From: Paraphysomonas bandaiensis | Taxonomy: Eukaryota; Protista; Chrysophyceae | NCBI GenBank assembly: GCA_965644295.1 | Contig: CBFFRP010000080.1 | Location: forward strand, 310,001 to 374,000 | Reading direction: 5' to 3' | DNA length: 64,000 nucleotides | Shown: positions 12,790-23,020 of the stretch, piece by piece | Position numbering within the stretch: the first letter of the stretch is position 1 | Layout of the letters: every line of letters starts with the position of its first letter | Made by a program: the position numbers and the translations under genes | Notes under the pieces: model-generated | Told to the model about the DNA's origin: nothing | What the model saw: the letters and a program-made list of their open reading frames with translations, nothing else | The model's database searches: none

Positions 12790-13280
12790 TCCCTCAACAA
12801 AGTCGGACTCGCACCTTTTCGTGGTGTTCTGGGAGATAAGTACCGGAGGGATTCTCTATGGGAAGCTAAAGTGAGCCGCAAACATAGTCAGCAGTCAGCA
12901 GATATTATTCTGCCCACTCATAGCCGAATGCTTGTGTGGTACAAGGGACACCAATAAGTGTAACTTTTTTAGACATCTTTGGGCCCTGACGAATAAACAG
13001 GCATCCGGGACAGGGCCCACCTGAAAGGTAACCGGGGTATTGGGCTGCCTGCTGAAATCAAGCATCCGGGATGTTCACCTTAAGAACTCAGAGCGGAAGT
13101 GGTCGCACCTTGGTTCTTGCGGCGACGCACAAGCAGCTTCTGTAGCGCTAAATACTAGGATAATAGAATTTGTGCTGATTAGTTATGGATAGGGGTCTAA
13201 ATAGTATGTCTAGCATTCAACTAGCCACTATATTGGTGCAGGTTTTTAACGCCTATTGCTAAATAATAAGACTTTCATAA
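12790..13280 (-). repeat. Dispersed repeat family C, near-complete copy
   Basis: TCCCTCAACAAAGTCGGACTCGCACCTTTT... is the reverse complement of 45325-45360 and is colinear with 54902-55354. Confidence 0.85.
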
Positions 13281-13782
13281 TACATAATGTAGTAAAAATT
13301 AAAAATAATATTACCGCTTCTAGCTTCTAATAGTCGCACCACATATGGAAGACAACTATTACCAAGGTTTTAAACTAAAAGTATGTTCATTTATACTAGC
13401 GACGAAGCAACAATCTGCATAGTACAAAAATTGATTAAGCCTTTTTACCACTCGCAAAGCCATGAATGCCTTAAGTTAAATGCTTCACGCTACATAGTCA
13501 CTAGCTCAGTTACTCGTAGTGATCTGTTTACAAACATATTATGCATATAAGTATATATATATCTCTGTTAATCAGTCCGTATGTATCTCATTAATCTCTA
13601 CGGTTGCATGCAGCACATTCTTCATTTAAAATGTGAAAAACAAGATTTCATACGCATTCTGCATTGTGTGTACCATTACACGAAAAAGAATGCAAGTGGC
13701 GAGTAACTTTAAGCAATTGACTAGTTAGTACAAGACAACAAACTCTCTAAAGTCAATAGTATATTACCCCATAGCTAAAGAC

Positions 13783-14531
13783 CTAAGGCTGTTTAATAGT
13801 TCCTACTTCTGCAGCACGGATCACTCTATCGTTTAGCTTGTATCCTGCCTTCAAAACCTGACCGATAGTCCCCTCGGGTTTTTCGGGGTCAGGAATCTGG
13901 AAGAGAGCATCGTGAAGGGTAGGGTCGAATTGCTCACCGACTTCACCGTACTGTCAAAAAGTAAATACAGAATGCAGAACTTTCGATATCAACACACCTT
14001 AACAACGCCGTGAGACTCGAAGACTTTCTTCAGTTGGTTGTGTGTCATTGTAACACCTTCAACAAGCATATCGAAAGGTTTATTTTCGCCTTGCTTCTCC
14101 GCAGAGGCCGCCTGGAGAGCTCGCTCGAGGTTGTCAGCGACATCAAGGAGAGACTTTGCAAATTTCGTGTTGGCATACACTCTGGCATTTTCAACATCTC
14201 TCTTAGCAATTCTTCTCACATTCTCTTCATCAGCATATGCTCTTAACACTTTATTTTTCATATCCCTGACCTGTGCCTCTAGAGCCTTGTTGAGTTCTTC
14301 CAAACTCTGCTCCACATTTTCATCTGATGCAGCATCACTAGGAACTTCCTTATCGACCTCCTCGGCCTCCTTCACCTCTGCCTCGGCTGATTCCTTCTGA
14401 TTGGTACAGAGAAACCTTCGCTGAACGGCAAAAGCTGTAGCCTTCTGAAGAGATTTGGCAGAAAACGCCAATTTTCCAGCTGATGGCTGGGACATAACAA
14501 CAGGTGCAGACACGAGTACTCTTCTCAACAT
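13783..14531 (-). CDS. GRPE: Mitochondrial GrpE/Mge1 nucleotide exchange factor; exons 14531-13998 and 13950-13783
   Basis: Arg-rich presequence; LRAYADEENVRR, FAKSLLDVADNLERAL, EGV.MT, FDPTLHDALF, GQVLKAGYKLNDRVIRAAEVG; 47-nt GT-AG intron. Confidence 0.95.
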
Positions 14532-14787
14532 TATAAGATGTAGCTATATGGAAAATATGTATTCAATAGTGATGCGATAAGCTCAGCTAACTGTTAACAA
14601 TAATTCGGAATTGTTTCTAGGCTATATGCCACTTTATCGTCTGCTGTGTGCTTAATGTTTGGTCAAAAACTATTCCACATCAGATGATGTCTACGCACCG
14701 CACAGTGAGCAGAAGGCATCAGCAGCAGACAGAAGTATTCTGCTGTACTTTGCACGGTGCACAATACCGGGAATACGGTGTCTAGAA

Positions 14788-14994
14788 ATACATACATACA
14801 TACATACATACATACATACATACATACATACATACATACATACATACATACATACATACATACATACATACATACATACATACATACATACATACATACA
14901 TACATACATACATACATACATACATACATACATACATACCTACATACATACATACATACATACATACATACATACATACATACATACATACATA
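14788..14994. repeat. (TACA)n microsatellite, ~51 units with one substitution
   Basis: Read directly; single A>C interruption at 14940. Confidence 0.98.
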
Positions 14995-15091
14995 ATCTCA
15001 TGTGAGTGTGAGTGACATTCACATGTAATTCCCCTCTATATGATCTGTCAGTCAAACCACTCCTCTATTAATCTTGATCACAGGATTAATA

Positions 15092-16427
15092 ATGGCCGTA
15101 CACACCTCTAAAGTCTTTCGATGTATCTTGTTTCCCATACTTATGACGTATGCAGGGTTCTGTGTGTGCATCCTGTTATTCCCATCTATACTCCTCATAG
15201 CTGTTCCTAGTCGTCGCGTCATTCAAGCACGTCGTATATATAGCTCACTAGTGTGCGGGATGTACGTCGATTATGCTGCTTTCTTAGTAGAGTATTTGTG
15301 CGGGACTACAGTGTATATACACTGTGGTGATAGGGATGTGCTGCAGGAGAGTATGGGGGCGCTCATAATATGCAACCACCGCACTCGCATTGACTGGATG
15401 TTTATTGGGTGGTGTTATGGCTCTGCTCTGAATGTCGTGAACGAAATGCTCATTATTCTGAAGGATGCGCTGCGATCAGTGCCTGTGTATGGCTGGCTGA
15501 TGCAACTGGGCCTATACATATTTTTGCAACGGAAACGGGACAGTGATATTCCCCATATCACGCGAATGTTGAATTATCTTATCCAACTTGGTACCCATCC
15601 ATCTCTACTTCTCTTCCCTGAAGGTACTGACTTGAGTAAATCGAATGTCGCCAAGAGCAACCAGTATGCCCAAGCCAACGGACTAAACGAACTCACTTAT
15701 GTCTTACACCCCAAACCGTCAGGCTTTGTTGCTGCTCTACAATGTATGCGTAACACTGGTGCTGCCTTACATGACGTTACTATTGCGTATGATGACCACG
15801 AACGAGGGAAAAGACCTTCTGAGAAAGACCTTGTCACTGGAAAGTTTCCTAGAGCGATATACTTACACGTAGAACGTCATGAAATGAAGAGTCTACCTGA
15901 AGGAAAACGAGAGCTAGAAGCGGTGAGTGCTAACATGTAACCTTGAATGTAGATAATTCCATGTGAGATGCAAGCATATCTGAGCATATGACACTGGGGT
16001 GTTTATAATACTGACATTTACATTTGACTAGTGGCTACGATCAGCGTTTCAGAAGAAAGAAAAACTCCTGAAAGAATTTTATGAGGCCGAAGAAGGTGAC
16101 GAAACTGACACCAATGGTGGGGAGGAGACATGGAGAGATGCGCAAAGAAATGTCGTTCGCAATTCGTGGCCACAGGAGGTCCTCCGGTCCCCTCCTGCGA
16201 ACAGTAGCATGGTCCGATCTGTTTTAGCAATACTAGTGGTAATGGTTGTTTGTACGGCGACATTGTATCATTCCACGATATCCCGTTGGGTTTGCGTTGG
16301 AGTGATCATAACTCTAGTCAGCTCGAAAGCGTTCAATGGTTTTGACAATCTAGAACTTGGTTTACATGGGGAGCATATAATGGGACATTTGCACCACACA
16401 GCAGAATCACATAAAAAAATGAAATAA
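15092..16427 (+). CDS. LCLAT1: Lysocardiolipin/lysophospholipid acyltransferase (PlsC family, LCLAT1-like); intron 15923-16031
   Basis: NHRTRIDW, ILKDAL..VP.YGW.MQ, FLQRK, FPEGTD, VLHPK.SGF, DVTIAY, WL..AF.KKE.LL..FY. Confidence 0.88.
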
Positions 16428-16717
16428 ATTTAGCGCGTAATATAGTACAATTGTATATGTATACAGTTTGTTGTTGCAGCCAGTGCCTGTAATTGTATAG
16501 AAATCTTCTACCAATATATTGTAGTGAAAAGAGTTTAAAGTAATATTGCAATATATTGTGAGCTACCTTAACAGCAACAATATGAATGGAATTTTTGACC
16601 GGTCCACCAATCAATATATTTTACAATATATGCAATTCGATATACTGCTCCCTAGCCCCAGTAGGAAGTGTTAGAATTGGACATCGAAGTTAAACTTGCT
16701 TTGTTACACACAACGTA

Positions 16718-17069
16718 TGTTAACAATGGACATTTCACTGAAGTTAACTTTGCTCTACGCGTAAACCGTAACCTTGCTGTTGAACACAATGCACTTTCAA
16801 GTAAGAAATTATAATTATTATTCTGAACACTTCACTACATATTCGTGTAACATATGTTGAAACATCTGTTCTTATAGCAACATCTGTTTATCATATGTTC
16901 ATCAGTCAGTTCTATATCTTGTATAGTCACACATCAGTAACTGAATTTAATTCCTTTGTAACTACTATAATCACCCGTTACACCTATGAGTTGACTTTAC
17001 CTATAATTGCACACTGTTAACTCACTTCAATTGCACAATATATATCACATCATATTGCAGAACTCAACA
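16718..17069 (-). repeat. 3' LTR of the copia element
   Basis: Direct repeat of 21832-22183. Confidence 0.97.
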
Positions 17070-17080
17070 CTCCCACTCAA
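17070..17080 (-). promoter_or_regulatory. Polypurine tract
   Basis: Minus strand TTGAGTGGGAG immediately before the 3' LTR. Confidence 0.85.
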
Positions 17081-17213
17081 TTGGATGTAGTTAACCATTC
17101 TAAAATTTGTGAAGAACATTGCTATCGGATACGCAACCACCGAACCTCATAGGACACTGGTGGACGTATGACTCCGCTGGTATAGCTAGCTCCCACCATT
17201 CATTCACCTCTAT

Positions 17214-20200
17214 CTAGTTACGACGAACTCTCTTTACCTTGGGTACCTCTGCGATAATTTGTGCAGTAGTCTTAAATTTTTCCCCAAGATTTCGCTCCCT
17301 CTGTTCAATGAATATTGGACCACACAAAGCCTTGGTATATATATCAGCCATCTGTTGTCGACTGCTCACATGAATTAATTTCGCTGTATTAAACTGTTCG
17401 GGATCCACATGCTCTCTAATCATATGATACTTAATCTCAATATGTTTCGATCGTTGATGTTGCACTGGATTTTCCGATATATCCTGAGCACTTTGACTAT
17501 CCAGGAATAATGGTGTGGGCTCGTCAATTTTCAATCCTACTTCACCAGTCACCCCCCGAGACCATATCATTTCCTGTAATCCATTATATAAGCATTGATA
17601 CTCTGCTTGCATAGTCGATGTAGCTACAGTAGACTGAAGTTTGGAACCCCACGATAGTGGTCCACCAGCTCCAAACATAACATAACCTGAAGTTGATCTC
17701 CTCGTCAACGGGTCACCCGCCCAGTCAGCATCCGTGAACATATGAAGATCAAAATCTTTCCCTCTATATTGAATGCCTTTTTCCGTAGTACCTCGTACAT
17801 ACTGCATTAAATGTATCATTAGTTTACATACAGTGATATTCACTTTCGTTGAGAATAGTGACAATACTCCCACTGCATATGATATATCCGGCCTTGTATT
17901 CATAGATAAATAGAGTAACGCTCCTATTAGTGGACGATAGGGAAAATTGTCAACTAATTCCTGCTCTTCAGTCGAATGCACATGTTCCACTCCCACTTTG
18001 ATCCTATCCATGACATCACTAGGTAGTGGGTATCGCCGAGTCTTGTCCCTTGGACCCAGAAAGTCCACATACTTCGCCAATACCTTTTTGATGTACACTG
18101 TCTGGTCAAGTTTGAGACAATTCTGAGTTCTCGTCACTCTCACGTTCAAAAACTGGCCAATCTCATTCATATCTGTAATATCGAACCTTTCACATACTCG
18201 TCGCTTAATTTCCAAAATAATACTCGTATCTCGACATGCTATCAGCATATCATCTACATATATTACTAACAGAACTAATTCACCCCTGATCCGTGTAAAA
18301 TATAAACATGGGTCAAGTATACATGATATAAAATGTAAGGACTTAATAAACTTGTTAAGACATTTATACCATGACCGTGGTGAGCTTCGAAGACCATATA
18401 AACTTTTCTTCAGTTTAAAGCAGTGTCCTGGTGGCAATTTAAAATCTGGTGTAGCATACATATACACATCTCCTTGTATATCTGCATACAAAAATGCATT
18501 AGATACGTCGAGTTGATGCACCACCATATTCATAACAAAAGCGATTGCTAAAAGCAATCTCACTGTTACCGCTTTTACCACTGGAGCATAATTGTTGGCT
18601 CTGCCACCTTCATGGTCTCCGCATCCAAGTACCACAAGTCTTGCCTTATATCGTTGAATCGCACCCTCTTTGTTGCGTTTCAAGGCGAAAACATACTTAG
18701 ATTTCAATGGAGTGACACCGGTAGGGATGGGCTTAACTTCCATGACTCCCCTACGTTCTAAACCGTCACGTTCAGCTTGTCTTGCTGAACTCCATTGCTT
18801 CCGTTCCGGCAACTCCAAGGATTCGGAATATGTCTGAGGCACCTTAGGTCCCGCTGACGAGCACCAGATGGAATCTGCCTCCTGTAATAGGCTGCACTCG
18901 TCTTCGACACATGACGACAATAAATGCATCTCACCCAAAACTGACACATTCGTCACCACCCTTGGAGCCCTTGCACGCCTGCCCCTTGATGAGCGATCTG
19001 ATGGAGCTTCCTCTCCCGGAGCACTTACGAAGTCAGAAGGGGATGGAACCGTCCCAGTCAACTGCTGTGATAAATGTCCGCTGGTCCCGTCGTCACGAGA
19101 TCCAGAACTTGCAGATGCTCTTGTTGCAAGGTCTTCACTCATCCGCTTTATATCGGCGATGTGAATAGGAGTCTTATCTTCCACTTGCTCCGCACCACCA
19201 GACAATAGGGATCTATACCCTACAATTAAACCTTTTCGAACCAATATTCGTGTGGTCTTGTATAGGTGGCCGCCATCTTCATGGGTCTTTCCGATTAAGT
19301 AATCGAAGTCTCTAATATTTCGTTCCTGAGGATCCACAGCAACCATGGCCTCGTCCATTTCTCGATAATAATCCGCCGATCTCTCAGGCACAGATTCATC
19401 GAATAAAACATGCACAGACGTAACTATAGTATCTCCAATCAATACTTGGTATCCCATTTGCTCCTCTGGGAACCCTACAAAGTATCCAGTCTGTGCCTTT
19501 TCTTCCCAGTCTTTCCTGCGATCTGCCTTCGGGATGAGAACGTACGCCTTGCACCCCCATTTCCGTAACCAAGAAAAATCTGGCACCGTTCCTCCAGGAA
19601 CACACTCGTAGGGTGACATCCACCCTCTATAGGTCTTTGTGGGTAATCTTCTAAGAACCCAGCATGCATGTCTAAAGGCTTTCCACCACTCCGCTTTTGG
19701 CATACCCGATGACAATAAAAGCGATAATGTCATTTCTCCTAGTGTCCTGAATTTCCGTTCTGAAACACCGTTTAATTCTGGTGTCTCCCTAGTAGTGTAG
19801 GAGAATGTGGTTCCAAATTTTTGTAACAAGTATTCTTTGATTCGCCTGTCCATCAACTCTGGTCCACCATCAGCATGGTACTGCTGTATCCTGTTCCACC
19901 CTGGGTATTTTGGTAGCCTGACTTCACAGAGATGCTTCACGCATTTTAACACTTCATCCCCAGTTCTCGTTCGTAGACCGTATTCCCAGAATTCTTTCGT
20001 AGCCGTATCTACAAATACAAGTGCGTACTTATACCCCTCCACAGATGGACAATTCATATAAACCGAAATATCCACTGTAATACGCTCCAGGAATGCTGTC
20101 GCCTTCATCTCTACATTCTGGTCACTTTGTCCTCGAAATGCATGTCTAGTGATCTTCGCCTTAGCACACCACTTGCACAAACTGGTCTCACACTTCTTTT

Positions 20201-20320
20201 TGGTAGTCTTAGATAAATGATGTCGCTGTAGCCCTGTTCCCTTGATCAGCATATGTCTATGAGCCTCCAGTAGTTTTCCCTTAGCAACATGACCGGCCCT
20301 TTCGTGCAGTAAATCGAGGG
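17214..20320 (-). CDS. pol: Copia integrase-reverse transcriptase-RNase H frame
   Basis: LLHERAGH...CKWC (HHCC zinc finger; begins upstream of the listed ATG), FVD / ADGGPE / NGVSER (integrase core), YKARLV, QLDVSNAFL, SLYGL, YVDDMLI, TDADWAG, RSKHIEIKYH. Confidence 0.95.
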
Positions 20321-21847
20321 GTCCTGCTGAACTGTATCGGACAGCATCACTTCACTGCTTCCCCCCCCCATTACATAATGGCAGGACGATATGCAAGGTA
20401 AATTTAACACATCATGCAATGCCACCCATGGCATTCCTCCATGCTCATCGTAATTTCCAACCAACACCTCTCTGCCAGTGTTCAATTCTACGATTTTTGG
20501 TACTCTCAGTAATTCGAGTCCATACCCCATAGCCCGCAGCATACCTCCAGAGACAATATTCTTCACTGCATCGTTACATACTTTGATGCCGTGCCACTGC
20601 TGAAAACTTCCCACTCCTTGGGTCTCCATCGCCGATCCCTTTTTGGTCAGTGATATTACTCCCGGCTCTTCTACATACTTCTCCAGCACTCTATCATCCT
20701 TGACGATAAACAACTGCTTTCCAGCACAACTATCCAGGTACACTCGTTCATCTCCAGTTTCAGTCAGAAGTACTTCACCATCTATCATGTTGGTCTCCTC
20801 TCCAGATGAAACGTCATCATCTACATATTTGGACCACCCCACTGATGAACTCTTCTTAACCTTCTTGGAGCCTTTTTTCTCATATTTTCTATCGATCTTC
20901 CTCTTGTTCCCTCTTTTGCACTCAGCAGCCTTGTGTTCTTTGCTACCACAATGAAAACACCCTGTATATGCTTCTGAACCCACTTGTTGCGCTCCTTTCC
21001 TCATATTCTTTGCTTTAGCCTTCCCATTTCGCTTGAACTTCTGGAAAATTTTATTTTTGTGTTTGACACGACACACACTTGCAGTATGCCCTTTTTTCAT
21101 ACAGAATGAGCATTTGACATTCTCCACACCTCCTTGTGGTCCGAGCATATTGACCTGTTCTCCTTGTTTGTCAATTTCGAACTCCTCCAGTTGTCGTTTA
21201 GCCTCATCGAATTCTTCGCACGCGTCTTTAACTATCTGATACGTGGTCGTTGCTTTAGGCAGCATTGCAATAGCTAACCACAACTCCTTCAGCTCTGGAG
21301 TATGTATGGACTTTTTGATCTTGGCGAGCTTGCTCTCCTCGGTTGGCGGCTGTCCCAACTTTGTTAACTTCTGAATTATCCCATTCAGCCTATCAATACC
21401 AATAGCGACCTTTTCATTGGCTCTAATTTTAAAGCTATGGTATTCCGCTGTAGTCTTCTCGAGTACATTTCCCAACTCCCCTCTAAACCTATCCACCAGC
21501 GTCTGAAGCATTTCATTGGACAAAACTTCCTTATTGGGATCATCATCTGGAAGTAACGCCTTCGCCTCCATGTATTGATTGGCAACCTCCAATACATCAG
21601 CGTCATGTTCACAAGCCTCCCAAATCGTTGCAACACACGTGTCATTTCGCTCATGCCATAATTCTCGTGCTCTGCCTCCTCCAGCAGGTTTCGGCTCTAA
21701 CCCCAGATGGTTCCGATTTTTCTTCATCAGATGAATCCTTATTTTTTGAGCAGACGCCTCCGCCTGATACTTGTCGAACTTCAGCACCTTGTTGTCCTCC
21801 TTCGTCTCTTCAGTGCTACCACTCGCTACCATGTTAACAATGGACAT
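20246..21847 (-). CDS. gag: Copia gag-protease frame
   Basis: Two CCHC knuckles (CSFCMKKGHTASVC, CFHCGSKEHKAAEC), protease VYLDSCA and NIVSGG. The frame shifts near 20320. Confidence 0.9.
   Translation of the reverse strand: MSIVNMVASGSTEETKEDNKVLKFDKYQAEASAQKIRIHLMKKNRNHLGLEPKPAGGGRARELWHERNDTCVATIWEACEHDADVLEVANQYMEAKALLPDDDPNKEVLSNEMLQTLVDRFRGELGNVLEKTTAEYHSFKIRANEKVAIGIDRLNGIIQKLTKLGQPPTEESKLAKIKKSIHTPELKELWLAIAMLPKATTTYQIVKDACEEFDEAKRQLEEFEIDKQGEQVNMLGPQGGVENVKCSFCMKKGHTASVCRVKHKNKIFQKFKRNGKAKAKNMRKGAQQVGSEAYTGCFHCGSKEHKAAECKRGNKRKIDRKYEKKGSKKVKKSSSVGWSKYVDDDVSSGEETNMIDGEVLLTETGDERVYLDSCAGKQLFIVKDDRVLEKYVEEPGVISLTKKGSAMETQGVGSFQQWHGIKVCNDAVKNIVSGGMLRAMGYGLELLRVPKIVELNTGREVLVGNYDEHGGMPWVALHDVLNLPCISSCHYVMGGGSSEVMLSDTVQQDPSIYCTKGPVMLLRENYWRLIDIC
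21822..21831 (-). promoter_or_regulatory. Primer binding site, probably for initiator tRNA-Met
   Basis: TGGTAGCGAG directly after the 5' LTR, similar to the Ty1 iMet PBS TGGTAGCGCC. Confidence 0.75.
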
Positions 21848-22183
21848 TTCACTGAAGTTAACTTTGCTCTACGCGTAAACCGTAACCTTGCTGTTGAACA
21901 CAATGCACTTTCAAGTAAGAAATTATAATTATTATTCTGAACACTTCACTACATATTCGTGTAACATATGTTGAAACATCTGTTCTTATAGCAACATCTG
22001 TTTATCATATGTTCATCAGTCAGTTCTATATCTTGTATAGTCACACATCAGTAACTGAATTTAATTCCTTTGTAACTACTATAATCACCCGTTACACCTA
22101 TGAGTTGACTTTACCTATAATTGCACACTGTTAACTCACTTCAATTGCACAATATATATCACATCATATTGCAGAACTCAACA
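21832..22183 (-). repeat. 5' LTR of the copia element
   Basis: Direct repeat of 16718-17069. Confidence 0.97.
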
Positions 22184-22201
22184 ACGTACTTTCAAAAAAC
22201 A

Positions 22202-22553
22202 CACACACAACGACGACGAAAAAACATTTCCTATACCACTTTTCTTTAGTTATATGTCATATGTCATATATATCTTGCGTATTTCTACTACTTCCAATCT
22301 TGCTATTTATTTTTTCTTCTTTAGAATCTAATAAATACACCTAATATATCCATAGAATTAATGCAATTACTATATCACTTTTTGAAAAATATTTAACATT
22401 TAAGGGTAATTATTAAAGAGTAATTTTATTATGTTAACTTATTATTATATTATTCAATTTTATATATTTTTAACAGAGGGCGTAATATGAAGCGAATGTG
22501 AAATGTTAGATGAAAACAAAGGAAATTGATTTTTTTCGTCGTCGTTGTGTGTG
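22202..22553. mobile_element. MITE with perfect 23-bp TIRs
   Basis: CACACACAACGACGACGAAAAAA ... TTTTTTCGTCGTCGTTGTGTGTG around an AT-rich interior; it interrupts the old solo LTR. No clear TSD. Confidence 0.85.
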
Positions 22554-23020
22554 ATGTCAACACTTCAAAACATATTCATGTTTAACACCTGACGAATAGT
22601 AACCCTGTTTATCATGTGTTCACCAATCAATCATATTTATATAGTCATACACCAGTAACTGAATTTGCTTCCTTGGTAACTATGTTGTATATTCACCCGT
22701 TACAACTGTGAACTGATTTTAGACTATAAACTCACTTCAATTGCACAATATATATCGTATCATACAGCAGAACTCAACAAGAAGAGTCCTTATGCATGAA
22801 ATATGCTTCTTCTATTGTACGATATAATAGTCAACAGGGATGTCCAGTAGAGAGAAGAGGAACACTGAAAACTAAAGCTAAGTCGTTCTTAATTAACATT
22901 CCCCCTAACTGACATTGTTGACCTATCACTGCGTAATAAATACCGCAATAAGATTTAAAATATAAATAGATAGATCTATATTGATTAGTCTCTTCGTTGG
23001 TTGTAGATATCGACAAACTA

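Larger units (their letters stand above)
16718..22183 (-). mobile_element. Full-length Ty1/copia LTR retrotransposon, very recent insertion
   Basis: 352-bp TG...CA LTRs with no differences seen; 5-bp TSD ACGTA (16713-16717 / 22184-22188); PBS and PPT present; gag-PR-IN-RT-RH order. Confidence 0.97.
16669..22779 (-). mobile_element. Older, diverged copia solo LTR split into three pieces (16669-16717, 22189-22201, 22554-22779) by the young copia and a MITE
   Basis: The joined pieces align to the young LTR from TGTTA..A.TGGACAT to GCAGAACTCAACA. Flanks are GGAAG (16664-16668) and AGAAG (22780-22784), a 4/5 TSD. Confidence 0.85.

Noticed and set aside
12797-12820. Resemblance of AAAGTCGGACTCGCACCTTTT to tracrRNA/omegaRNA 3' ends
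   Set aside because: Superficial only; no matching hairpin and no TnpB/Fanzor/IscB ORF in the window.
12615-12881. ORF sharing LRYLSPRT.RKGASPTLL with ORF 45182-45421
   Set aside because: The similarity comes from the non-coding family C repeat; the frames are not conserved beyond it.
12980-13050. Possible hammerhead ribozyme (CTGACGA ... GAAA, with a GGGCCCTG/CAGGGCCC stem) in family C
   Set aside because: No stem III/UH cleavage site, and neither the core nor the stem is conserved in the 44760-44820 or 55045-55100 copies.
14659-15055. ORFs with HTYI/MYVC repeats
   Set aside because: Translations of the (TACA)n microsatellite.
20361-20369. G9 run as the programmed -1 frameshift site of the copia element
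   Set aside because: The -1 frame hits TGA two codons later, so a shift here cannot reach integrase.
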